Assembly (NCBI GenBank): GCA_043767805.1
Contig: JAYUGC010000167.1
Span: 1-51,868, forward strand
Length of the DNA: 51,868 nucleotides
Reading direction: 5' to 3'
From: Pseudomonadota bacterium
GTDB lineage: Bacteria; Bdellovibrionota; FAC87; UBA2466
In this document: positions 1 to 8,719 of the stretch, piece by piece
Numbering within the stretch: the first letter of the stretch is position 1
How the letters are laid out: each line of letters opens with the position of its first letter
Notes under the pieces: model-generated
The model's input: the letters and a program-made list of their open reading frames with translations, nothing else
Databases searched by the model: none
Told to the model about the DNA's origin: nothing
Position numbers and translations under genes: made by a program

Positions 1-1
1 C

Positions 2-67
2 GTGAAGCTGGACCCGAAGTTGTTCGAGTATCAGCCAAAGAAAACGGACGTCGTCCGGCACATGTGA
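2..67 (+). CDS. C-terminal fragment, probably outer-membrane lipoprotein carrier LolA (truncated by window edge)
   Basis: Frame reads VKLDPKLFEYQPKKTDVVRHM*, resembling the LolA-family C-terminus; lies directly upstream of yajQ-rimO. Confidence 0.5.
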   Translation: MKLDPKLFEYQPKKTDVVRHM

Positions 68-77
68 GGGACTACCG

Positions 78-566
78 ATGCCTTCTTTCGATATCGTGAT
101 TAAATTGGACCTCCAAGAGGTCGACAACGCCATCAACCAAGCTCAAAAAGAGCTCGGCCAGCGTTACGACTTCAAAGGCTCGAAGAGCAAGATCGACTGG
201 GATAAAAAGAATGAAATCGTCATCGTTGGAGATGACGAGTACAAGCTCAACGCGGTCATCGAAATTCTTCAGGGAAAGTTCATCAAGCGGAACCTCTCCA
301 TCAAGAACCTCGAAATGGGCGAACAAGAGTCCGCCTTCGAAGGCACCGTGAGAAAAAAGATCAAGCTTCGTTCCGGCATTCCGTCCGACAAAGCGAAGGC
401 CATTACCAAAGTCATCAAGGACGCCGGCCTCAAAGTGCAGTCCTCGATGCAAGACGAGCAAGTGCGCGTCACCGGCAAGAAGCGGGACGACCTGCAAGAA
501 GCCATCGGCGTGATTCGCGAAAAAGATTTGGGCCTAGATTTTCAGTTCATCAATTTCCGGGATTAA
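78..566 (+). CDS. yajQ: YajQ family nucleotide/c-di-GMP-binding protein
   Basis: MPSFDIV start, RYDFKG, QVRVTGKKRDDLQ, QFINFRD end. Confidence 0.97.
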   Translation: MPSFDIVIKLDLQEVDNAINQAQKELGQRYDFKGSKSKIDWDKKNEIVIVGDDEYKLNAVIEILQGKFIKRNLSIKNLEMGEQESAFEGTVRKKIKLRSGIPSDKAKAITKVIKDAGLKVQSSMQDEQVRVTGKKRDDLQEAIGVIREKDLGLDFQFINFRD

Positions 567-575
567 GTTTTAAGT

Positions 576-1931
576 ATGGAAACCGTATTACCCACTCTCA
601 ACCTCGTAGAGAAGACCATCTTCTTTCAGAGCTTGGGCTGCCCGAAAAACCTGGTCGATACCGAGGTCATGCTGGGCATCAGCGCTGGGGACGGGTTCAA
701 AATCGTACCGAAGCCTCAAGACGCCGAAGTCATCGTCGTCAACACCTGCAGCTTCGTGAACGACTCCAAGCGGGAATCCATCGACGCCATTTTAAGAGCG
801 GCGGAGTACAAGACCGATGGCAAGTGCCAGCGTCTCATCGTTACGGGCTGCCTGCCGCAGCGGTACAAAGCCGATCTCAAAGTTTCGTTCCCCGAAGTAG
901 ACGCCTTCGTCGGCACCGGCCAGTACGGCAACCTTCTCGATTTCATCGGCGGCAAGAAAGAAGAAGATTTCGGCTTCAAGCACCCGAAGTATCTCCACAA
1001 CGAGCATAGCCCGCGCATCAACTCGCAGCCGTTCTACAAAGCTTATTTGAAGATCTCCGAAGGCTGCATCAAGGCTTGCGCCTTTTGCATCATTCCGAAA
1101 ATCCGGGGAACTCTCAGAAGCCGTACGATTCCGTCATTGGTCGAAGAAGCGAAAAAGCTCGTCGAGGGAGGCGCAGTCGAACTCAATCTCATCGCTCAAG
1201 ATTTGACCGACTACGGCCGCGATCTCCGTAACGGCACGACCGTTCCGGACCTACTTCGCGCGCTCGCGAAAATCGACGGGCTCGAATGGATCCGTTTGCT
1301 TTACGTCTATCCGGACGAGCTCTCGGACGAAATGCTCGACCTCATCGCGAACGAGAAGAAAATTTGTAAGTATCTGGACATGCCGATTCAGCACATCAAC
1401 GATCGCATGCTCCAGCTGATGAACCGGCACGTCACCGGCGACGTCATCCGGGAGCGCATCGCGCGCATCCGCGAGAAGATTCCGAACGTTTCTCTCCGTA
1501 GCACGATCATCGTCGGTTACCCGGGTGAGACGGACGCCGAGTTCCAAGAGCTCAAAGCGTTCGTGCAAGAAGCCGCCTTCGATCACTTGGGAGTCTTTGC
1601 CTACTCGCACGAAGAGAACACCGCTTCCTACAATCTGCCCGAGCAGCTTCCCGAAGAGCTCAAGGCGGCGCGCCGGGACGAGATTATGGCGGTGCAACAA
1701 AAGATTTCCGCCAAGAATCTGAAAAAACGCGTTGGCCAAACTGTTCCGGTTCTCGTCGAAGAGATCTCGGAGGAGTCCGAGTTCCTTTGGCAAGGCCGCC
1801 ACAACGGCCAAGCGCCTGGCATCGACGGCACCGTTCTAATCCGCGGCGGCAAAGTCATCCGCGGCATGATTGTCGACGTGAAGCTCGAAAAAGCGATGGA
1901 ATACGACTTCATCGGTATCGCGCCTTCCTAA
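576..1931 (+). CDS. rimO: Ribosomal protein S12 methylthiotransferase (radical SAM)
   Basis: SLGCPKNLVD, NTCSF, CxxxCxxC (CIKACAFC), AQDLTDYG, C-terminal TRAM-like region. Confidence 0.96.
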   Translation: METVLPTLNLVEKTIFFQSLGCPKNLVDTEVMLGISAGDGFKIVPKPQDAEVIVVNTCSFVNDSKRESIDAILRAAEYKTDGKCQRLIVTGCLPQRYKADLKVSFPEVDAFVGTGQYGNLLDFIGGKKEEDFGFKHPKYLHNEHSPRINSQPFYKAYLKISEGCIKACAFCIIPKIRGTLRSRTIPSLVEEAKKLVEGGAVELNLIAQDLTDYGRDLRNGTTVPDLLRALAKIDGLEWIRLLYVYPDELSDEMLDLIANEKKICKYLDMPIQHINDRMLQLMNRHVTGDVIRERIARIREKIPNVSLRSTIIVGYPGETDAEFQELKAFVQEAAFDHLGVFAYSHEENTASYNLPEQLPEELKAARRDEIMAVQQKISAKNLKKRVGQTVPVLVEEISEESEFLWQGRHNGQAPGIDGTVLIRGGKVIRGMIVDVKLEKAMEYDFIGIAPS

Positions 1932-1965
1932 CGTCTTGGCTCCCTGATAGCATTAGCGGGCTGAC

Positions 1966-2889
1966 ATGAAAGCCCGGCTCATCCTTTTCGCCTTTTGTCT
2001 TTCGTTCGCAAGCTCGCTTGCCCGCGCCGATTACGGCTGGATCCCTGAGTACAAAAAGCTCGTCACCCGGTTCGGCCTGGACGTTTTTAAATCGGAATCG
2101 AATTATGACACGACGGGCGCCATCGTGGCGCTCCCTTCGAACGGCCAGCTAAGCGACACCATCCTCAGTTTGAGCGCGGAATATGGGCTCGCCGAGAGCT
2201 GGTCGCTCGGCATGGATTTGCCATTTTATATTTCTTCTTTGGATTCGCCGACGTCGCGTCTTTTGGCGGGTACGGGGCTCGGCGACATCACGACTCACCT
2301 CAAGTGGGCGGTCAAACCAGTCACGCCGATCGTGACGCTCGAGCTCCTCTTGAAATTTCCGTCGGGCTCGAGCGGAGTCGGCACAGGCAACCTTGCTCTC
2401 GGCGAAGGCAATTTCGACATGGGGCTTTTCCTGCACTCCGGTCATCGCAGCGGGCACTTCATGTTCTCATTCTCCCCGGGCTTTCTCGCGCGCTTCGGCG
2501 GGTACTCCATGGCGGCCGCCGGCGAATTTGCGTTTCAGTTCATGTTTCCTCGCGGTTATTTGCGGGCGTTCGGACTCGGCATCTATTCCTTTCAAGACGT
2601 TCCCGGCTTTGACTCTTCCATTTCCTCCCACGACGCCTCGGGGTCGGGCGGATCTTACGCGCGCTTGAACGCGAGCCCCGTGGGCTTTGCCATCGGCGGC
2701 AAGATTGGCTTGAACATCACCAAGGCCGTTGCTTTGGAGTTCTCAGGGACGAAAGCCATCTTGGGAAGCAAGTACGCCAACTACTTCAAGGCGGGCGGCG
2801 ATATCGTCGTCGAGTTCGACTTCTTCGAGATGCCCAAATCGATGAAGGCAAAAGAAGTGCCTTTCGATTTCGAGTACGAAAAGTATTAG
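1966..2889 (+). CDS. Exported protein, probable outer-membrane beta-barrel/transporter family
   Basis: Signal peptide (LARA|D), GLGDI and LKFPSG..LGEG motifs, alternating amphipathic beta-strands. Confidence 0.65.
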   Translation: MKARLILFAFCLSFASSLARADYGWIPEYKKLVTRFGLDVFKSESNYDTTGAIVALPSNGQLSDTILSLSAEYGLAESWSLGMDLPFYISSLDSPTSRLLAGTGLGDITTHLKWAVKPVTPIVTLELLLKFPSGSSGVGTGNLALGEGNFDMGLFLHSGHRSGHFMFSFSPGFLARFGGYSMAAAGEFAFQFMFPRGYLRAFGLGIYSFQDVPGFDSSISSHDASGSGGSYARLNASPVGFAIGGKIGLNITKAVALEFSGTKAILGSKYANYFKAGGDIVVEFDFFEMPKSMKAKEVPFDFEYEKY

Positions 2890-4785
2890 CTATTGGATGG
2901 TGCGGGGGTGGCGGGTGCTGCCTTCGGACTCGCCGTCGCGCTGTTTGAAGATTTTCTTGAAGTAGTCGCCGTTCAAAACGCTCTCGATGGCGGCGCCCGC
3001 TCTCGCGGCGACGGTGTCGCGCTTATTGCTCTTAGAGCCGTCTTCCTTTTCCGGGCCGCCTTGATTTTCGCCGTCCGCGGGTAAATCTCCCGTGACCTGA
3101 GATGGGAGGGCCGAGGCTCCGCCCGCACTGAGAAGCTGTCCGCCCACTTGAGTGCCCCCCTCCGTGCCGTAAGATCCGGCTTGAACGGAGGCTGGTCGTC
3201 GGGTTCCGTCTTCAAACACGATGGTCGAGCCCGTGTCGCGGCTATCGTCTTCGGCACGGGGACGGGCTCCCGAACGAGATCCGCCGCCATCTCCTTCAGA
3301 GCCACCGGGACTGTCCGTTACTAAAAGCCGATTGCGGACGGTGCTTCCGTCCTCGAGCTCACGACGGCCCGATTCAATCGGCGCGGGCGGGCCAAAACCA
3401 CCCGAAGTGCCGGCACTCTTAGCTTCCTGTTTATGGCCGCCGCCGTTACCGAGCATCGCCGTCGCGCCGATATCCGGATTAGAAGCGGCGGGCGCCCGCG
3501 AGCCGCCGGCGGTTCTCGCCGCCGAAGCCGCAAGTCCTGAAGGATCTCCCGCGCCGGCCCCAGCACCCCCGCCACCGCTTTTTCCCGCGACGGCACCGCC
3601 CGGCGGAGCTGGATTTGGTTTATTAAAAAGCGGCTTGCCACCCCCGAGGTCATAAAATTTTCCCGTTTTGGGAGGCAGGGCGTAGTACTCGCGGTCTTCT
3701 AGATATTTCCAGCGGCCGTCGTTATCGAAAGCGGACTCACGCATTTTTTCGCAACCGACGTCGCTCCAGCCGGGTTGAGGATTGGAACCGGCCGAGGCGT
3801 AACCTTCAAAATCTTCACCCGTGCCGTTACCCGCACCCGTTCCCGGAGGAAGGCCAAGCTCGGTTTGTCCGAGAGCGGCGGCGACGTCCGCGGAAGATCC
3901 TCCGGCGACACCAAAAGCCATGCCGTCGGCCTTGCCCGCCCAACGTCCGGTATTTCTCATGCGAGATTCCAAAGAATCGCCGACATCCCATCCCATTTCG
4001 CCGCAAGCGGGAATGTCTTTGGGATTGGCCCCGGGAGCATTGCACAACGAAAGGCGAGTGCTCGGATTTCCCGTGACGAGAATGACGCTTCCCCGGTTCA
4101 CGCCAAAGCGGCCGAAACCGTCGGTGGCGTTACATTTTGATTTGGCGTTTTGTTTCAGGGTTCCGACGCCGCCATTCGCGCCCGAGACGAAAACCGGATA
4201 GGTGATGAGGTTCACGTTGCATTTAGCGGCCATGTCCGTAAGGTCTTTCGTAATCTGATTGGGATCTCCGCCCGTACCATCGAAGAAAAGACAAAGCGGG
4301 TACCATTTGTCGAAAGCGACGGGTTTCGCGCGCTGACCGGAATTTTTCGTGGGGGGCCCCTGGTGCCGAGCGCCGCCTTCCCCTAGACGATCGTATTGTC
4401 CGGCCTCGACGGATTTTTTCTTCGGTTGTTTATCGTCGAAGACGACTTTGGTTTCGACGGCACCCGCTGCCGCCTGGGCCGCGCCTTTAGAGACAGAGAC
4501 CGGAACGGGAGATTGCGGCTTGAGAGTCGTAATCGCCGAGAGGGCGCTCGCGGCGCCGCTTGCCGTGGTGGCCGCGGGTATCGGGTCCGGTTCTGGAAAT
4601 TGGCTGGGGGCTTCCTCTTCGGAAGCTTTCCCGGGAGGCTGTCCGGCCCAATTGGAAACTTTGTTGCGGACGGATTGAAAGAGGCGATCGAGCGTGAGCG
4701 GCGCATTCGCAGGGGTCGGCACCGGCGGGGGCGTTTCCGCCTGCGCGAGTGCCGCGAACATTAAAATGATTACCCCCAAACGCAT
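2890..4785 (-). CDS. Secreted Gly/Ser/Pro-rich protein with Cys-containing core; apparently catalytically dead paralog of 4788-6893
   Basis: Signal peptide MRLGVIILMFAALAQA; core motifs AFDKWYPLCLF, AAKCNVNL and GWSDVGCE shared with the neighbouring gene. Confidence 0.85.
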   Translation of the reverse strand: MRLGVIILMFAALAQAETPPPVPTPANAPLTLDRLFQSVRNKVSNWAGQPPGKASEEEAPSQFPEPDPIPAATTASGAASALSAITTLKPQSPVPVSVSKGAAQAAAGAVETKVVFDDKQPKKKSVEAGQYDRLGEGGARHQGPPTKNSGQRAKPVAFDKWYPLCLFFDGTGGDPNQITKDLTDMAAKCNVNLITYPVFVSGANGGVGTLKQNAKSKCNATDGFGRFGVNRGSVILVTGNPSTRLSLCNAPGANPKDIPACGEMGWDVGDSLESRMRNTGRWAGKADGMAFGVAGGSSADVAAALGQTELGLPPGTGAGNGTGEDFEGYASAGSNPQPGWSDVGCEKMRESAFDNDGRWKYLEDREYYALPPKTGKFYDLGGGKPLFNKPNPAPPGGAVAGKSGGGGAGAGAGDPSGLAASAARTAGGSRAPAASNPDIGATAMLGNGGGHKQEAKSAGTSGGFGPPAPIESGRRELEDGSTVRNRLLVTDSPGGSEGDGGGSRSGARPRAEDDSRDTGSTIVFEDGTRRPASVQAGSYGTEGGTQVGGQLLSAGGASALPSQVTGDLPADGENQGGPEKEDGSKSNKRDTVAARAGAAIESVLNGDYFKKIFKQRDGESEGSTRHPRTIQ

Positions 4786-4787
4786 TC

Positions 4788-6893
4788 CTACCTCACGATG
4801 GCGCGCTTATCCGCGCTCGTGCGGCGACTGCCGCCTTCTTGCACCACGGCCGGCCGACGCTCGCGGGCTGCTTCGGCCCGTTGGCGATCTTGGTCCGCTT
4901 GTCCCAATTCATTGAAAAAGTTTCCGTCGAGCTGGCTCGCGGTCGGGGCGCCCGCGGGAATGACTTTCATCGCGCTGCCTTCAGCGGCAATGCTTGTCCC
5001 GGAGCCGTCTCCTTCGCCCGATCCTCCGCCGTAATTCGTGTAACCACCGCTGCCCTTTTTGGCGCCGTCGTCGAATCCGACCGAGGTGCGACCGCTGCCG
5101 ACGGACGCAGGGCTGCGGCCACCGCCGTTAGACGCGTTTGCAAATTCGCTCACGCGGCCTGAGGTGCCGTAGTCCGTATATTTGCCGGCTCCTTTTTTCG
5201 CGCCGTCATCGAAAGTCACGCGCGCGGAAGAAACTCCGCTCGTCGAGGGGCCAGGAGCGTTTTTTACGAAGACATCGGAACCCGGCGGCTGCTCACCGCC
5301 TTTGGAATCAGACGGCGGTTCCGCGGCTTCTTTCAAATTTTGCACGAGCTCACCGACAACACTTCCGGGTTGTTGTCCCTTGTGGCGACCCGTTGGGCCC
5401 ACGACTTCTTTTTCCGGCGTGCCGGTGGGAGTCGTGGGCGGCTTGCCGTCGTCGCCAAGCTTCGGACGCGCTTTGGAAACCGTGTCGTCGAAGGCGACTC
5501 GGCCCGGAGTGCCTCCCGGCTCTTGCGGCGTGATGGGGCCGGCCATGGGAGGTCCGTTTCTTGGGCCCCTGACCGTTTTACCGCTATATAAATTCCACTG
5601 CTTCGAGGCGTCTTTTACCTCGGTGTAATAGGTGGTTCGGTTCGGATCCCACTTCCAGCGGCCCGAGTTTTTAAAACCGTTTCTGTGAAGCGCTTCGCAG
5701 CCCTCGTCAGACCAGCCTCCGCTCTCCTCACCGCCTTGAACGGTTTTGTTCAATCCAATACCGTTACCGTCGGAAGCGCCATTCGGATGCCCGAATTGAC
5801 TATGACCAATGGCTTCGTGGCCCACAACTCCCGCATTACACGAACCCTTGTCTTCGATGGAGGGTGCCACGCCGCTCGTTGTGGCGCCGCCCTCCAAGGA
5901 TCCGTCTCCTTTTATTTCCTCTATACGCGCTTTAGCCTCGGCTGCTGCCTTGACGTCTTCGGGCGTCGCATTGGGTTGAGATGGGCGATCAACCAGGGCC
6001 TGAAGCCCCGCCATAAACTTTCTAACTACTTCCTTTTCGGCGTCGTTACTCTGAACCTGGGCACAGCCTCCCGTTCCCGTGGTGTGCTCACCGTCCGGCC
6101 CGCACTCCTTGCCCTTCGGAGGGTTGGGTCCCTTCACACATTTTTGCTTGCACATTTTGTCCGCCATCTGGCTATCGTTCACGCAGATTGACGTGGAGGC
6201 TCGGTTCGCGTTATCGAGGCCCGCAAGATTACAAGCCGCTCTTTGTTGGTTGTTCGTCGTTTCGGGATCTCCCTTCGCATAACCGTTGGGACTCACGGTG
6301 ATCGGGAAAACAACCAGGTTCACTTTGCATCTGGCCGCGTCGTCCACCATGCCCTTGATCGCGGCATTGGCACCGCCTTCGGATTCAGCTTGCGGGTCGA
6401 TGAAAAGGCACATGGGGTACCACATGTCGAAGGCTTGCGAAGATCCATTGGTGCTGATCACGCTGCCGGGCGAATTATCTAACCCAGCCGTAGGATCATC
6501 CATATTGAACTCGTCCGTCTTTTTCTGATTTCCGCCCCCGCTGTCCGAACCATTTCCAGAGCTGGCACCGCCAGAGGAAGCCGTCGAATTGGCCCCGTTA
6601 GAATTTGAACTGCCTCCGCGATTCCCGCCCGTGCCGCCATTTCCATTACCAGCGCCAGAACCGAAAGCAGTTCCGCTTCCGTTGGCGTTTCCCTGTCCTT
6701 TTGGGCTGCTCATTTTGATGTCGGGATTGACCCAAGCTTTGGTGCGGACCCAGTCGAAAAGTTTGAGGCGAGCGTCGTTGAGCTCTTGCACGATTCCCGG
6801 CTTTGGCTCGGGATCGGCCGCGCGCAGATCGACGCAAAGGATGAGAGCAGTGGCTAGGCCTAGGGTAAAAATGTGGTGTCGCTTAGGTCGCAA
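4788..6893 (-). CDS. Secreted Gly-rich protein with putative zinc-metalloprotease (metzincin-like) core
   Basis: Signal-peptide-like N-terminus; HEAIGHSQFGH at 5787-5819. Start moved to TTG 6893 (GGGGA upstream) because TTG 6923 lies inside the sigma54-type promoter. Confidence 0.8.
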   Translation of the reverse strand: MRPKRHHIFTLGLATALILCVDLRAADPEPKPGIVQELNDARLKLFDWVRTKAWVNPDIKMSSPKGQGNANGSGTAFGSGAGNGNGGTGGNRGGSSNSNGANSTASSGGASSGNGSDSGGGNQKKTDEFNMDDPTAGLDNSPGSVISTNGSSQAFDMWYPMCLFIDPQAESEGGANAAIKGMVDDAARCKVNLVVFPITVSPNGYAKGDPETTNNQQRAACNLAGLDNANRASTSICVNDSQMADKMCKQKCVKGPNPPKGKECGPDGEHTTGTGGCAQVQSNDAEKEVVRKFMAGLQALVDRPSQPNATPEDVKAAAEAKARIEEIKGDGSLEGGATTSGVAPSIEDKGSCNAGVVGHEAIGHSQFGHPNGASDGNGIGLNKTVQGGEESGGWSDEGCEALHRNGFKNSGRWKWDPNRTTYYTEVKDASKQWNLYSGKTVRGPRNGPPMAGPITPQEPGGTPGRVAFDDTVSKARPKLGDDGKPPTTPTGTPEKEVVGPTGRHKGQQPGSVVGELVQNLKEAAEPPSDSKGGEQPPGSDVFVKNAPGPSTSGVSSARVTFDDGAKKGAGKYTDYGTSGRVSEFANASNGGGRSPASVGSGRTSVGFDDGAKKGSGGYTNYGGGSGEGDGSGTSIAAEGSAMKVIPAGAPTASQLDGNFFNELGQADQDRQRAEAARERRPAVVQEGGSRRTSADKRAIVR

Positions 6894-6918
6894 GGCTATC
6901 CCCCGTCCCCGTTTAGTT

Positions 6919-6934
6919 TGCAAGGGGGGTGCCG
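6919..6934 (-). promoter_or_regulatory. Sigma54 (-24/-12) promoter for the secreted paralog pair
   Basis: Minus strand CGGCACCCCCCTTGCA: GG-N10-GC, close to the TGGCAC-N5-TTGCW consensus. Confidence 0.7.
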
Positions 6935-6990
6935 AACTTAACCATTGAAACTACAGGGGTTTTTGTGGGCTTGGCTGATAATTTAGGCAG

Positions 6991-7003
6991 CAGTTGTATA
7001 CAC
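6991..7003 (-). promoter_or_regulatory. Putative transcription-factor site GTGTATACAACTG (variant copy)
   Basis: One-base-shorter version of the motif at 8568 and 16186; about 85-95 bp upstream of the predicted sigma54 start. Confidence 0.45.
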
Positions 7004-7031
7004 TTCAGTCGGTTTCAGAATACACACCCGT

Positions 7032-8150
7032 TTAGGCGCGGCCGTAGCGGCGGAAAATGACGTAGGCGATTCCCGCGAAAAAGAAGTTGGGCGCCCAGAT
7101 GCCGAACCAAGGCGGCACCTTGCCGGAGAAGGCGAGGGCGTTCGCCGCGAGGAAAGAAAGCCAATAAATCACGCCCACCATGAGACAAAAAAGCACGGAC
7201 GTACTTCGCACGCCTCGCTGGCTCGTGATTCCCATCGCAAAACCAAGCGCCGCAAACACAACGCAAGCAAAAGAGAGGGAGAAACGGCGGTGAAACTCGA
7301 CGAGAAGCTGCCGATGCATCGGAGGATCGGGCTCCGTCTCGACGAGACGCTGCTTCAGCTGAGTGTAATTGTACGAGGGCGGGCTATAAGCTCTCCATCC
7401 GTCGCCGGCCGCCGCCATTTCGAGGTTGATGTCGTACACTTTGAAATCGATCTTCTGCAAAATCGCCTGCTCGCTTCGTTGATCGACGTGAATCGTGCCG
7501 TTGGTCAGCCGAAGCGTAAGCGCCCCTTCCTCGGGAATCATCCGTAAAATACCGGCGGCGGCGGTAATCGCCATGGGATGACTGCCTTCCCGCTCGTCGA
7601 ATATGAAGACCCGGCTCATCTCGTTTCGAGCGGGGACGATTTGCTCGGCAAAAAGCGTGAGCCCGAAAAATCCTTCAACGAAAACCCCCGGCTTTAATGC
7701 CGACATCACCCGCTCGTTGCCCAGTTTGGTGATGAGAAGCTCGAACGAACGATTTCCCTTCGGCACGGTGTAGAGCGCCGTGTAGAGGCAGAAGAAGCTC
7801 ACTAATACGGAAAAGGCCGCGAGCGGCATGAAAATCTGTCCCAGTCCGATGCCGCTCGTCTGTAACGCCAGAATCTCGCCCTCGGAGTTGGCGCGCGAAA
7901 TTCCCATGATGACGGAAAAAAGAAAAGCCACGGGCACCGCGATGGGCAAAAAAGAAAGCATCAGAAAAACAGAGAGCCGGCCCACGTCGGCGAGAGAGAC
8001 CTGATGCACCACCACGAAATCGCTCAAGCGAATGGCTTGAAACATGAGCATGATGAAAAGGAAGATGGTCGTGCCCGAAATAAATCCCATTCCCACTTCG
8101 CGGAATAGGTACTTACTGAGCTGAAACGTGAATGGGCGGTAGCGGGACAT
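7032..8150 (-). CDS. lptF: LptF/LptG family LPS export permease
   Basis: KYLFRE..F, SRANSEGEILALQTSG, EFHRRFSLSFAC, WAPN; start set at ATG 8150 (the longer ORF overlaps the next gene). Confidence 0.85.
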   Translation of the reverse strand: MSRYRPFTFQLSKYLFREVGMGFISGTTIFLFIMLMFQAIRLSDFVVVHQVSLADVGRLSVFLMLSFLPIAVPVAFLFSVIMGISRANSEGEILALQTSGIGLGQIFMPLAAFSVLVSFFCLYTALYTVPKGNRSFELLITKLGNERVMSALKPGVFVEGFFGLTLFAEQIVPARNEMSRVFIFDEREGSHPMAITAAAGILRMIPEEGALTLRLTNGTIHVDQRSEQAILQKIDFKVYDINLEMAAAGDGWRAYSPPSYNYTQLKQRLVETEPDPPMHRQLLVEFHRRFSLSFACVVFAALGFAMGITSQRGVRSTSVLFCLMVGVIYWLSFLAANALAFSGKVPPWFGIWAPNFFFAGIAYVIFRRYGRA

Positions 8151-8220
8151 CCGCCGCATTATAACCGGGTAGAGGTTGATTTCGACAATCAACCGTCGAG
8201 AGAGAGAGAGAATCAACCCG

Positions 8221-8454
8221 TTAATCCTTTTTGGGCTCGGGTAGATCGACGATATCAACTTCTTCGTCCGAGTAGATAACGCGCACCGCGCTCGTTTGGG
8301 GTGCTTCGGGAAACGCAATGAAGGGGGAACCAGCCAGAACCGCGGACGGCTTGGCTACTTCCGGGGAAGCCGCCTCCTTTTTTTCGCCGCGAGCGACGGA
8401 GGCCACGAAAGCTAGAAAGAAAACGAATAAGAGGCGCGCGATGCTTTTCGACAT
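8221..8454 (-). CDS. Small secreted hypothetical protein (77 aa)
   Basis: GAGGA RBS, signal peptide ending VARG, own sigma54-type promoter. Confidence 0.7.
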   Translation of the reverse strand: MSKSIARLLFVFFLAFVASVARGEKKEAASPEVAKPSAVLAGSPFIAFPEAPQTSAVRVIYSDEEVDIVDLPEPKKD

Positions 8455-8521
8455 GAGGTCCTCGTGTTCCGGTTGGTGTAGCTAAGATGGGATAACTTAA
8501 TGAGATGCGTAGCCCTAAAAC

Positions 8522-8538
8522 TGCAACCAAAATGCCAA
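8522..8538 (-). promoter_or_regulatory. Sigma54 (-24/-12) promoter for the 77-aa gene
   Basis: Minus strand TTGGCATTTTGGTTGCA, GG-N10-GC. Confidence 0.75.
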
Positions 8539-8567
8539 GAGGCCAGGCTGGGAAACCCACCCCACCT

Positions 8568-8582
8568 TGTATACCAACTGTG
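8568..8582 (+). promoter_or_regulatory. Putative transcription-factor site TGTATACCAACTGTG
   Basis: Identical 15-mer at 16186-16200; both copies are intergenic. Confidence 0.5.
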
Positions 8583-8719
8583 CACCTGGGACCCCTAAAC
8601 CAACTTAAATAATTGAATTTTAAGTGTTTTTATAAGAATCGGCCCCACTTTTACGTTTTAGGCAGCGCTCAACCCTTGGGCGGCTTGCCGCCCCTTCCGC
8701 GCGGGGCTACAGATGGGGA

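Noticed and set aside
6894..6923. N-terminal extensions in the ORF track (also 8318, 11186, 18796, 43180, 44836, 47249, 50956)
   Set aside because: They overlap promoters or neighbouring genes; downstream starts have a better RBS, promoter geometry or signal peptide
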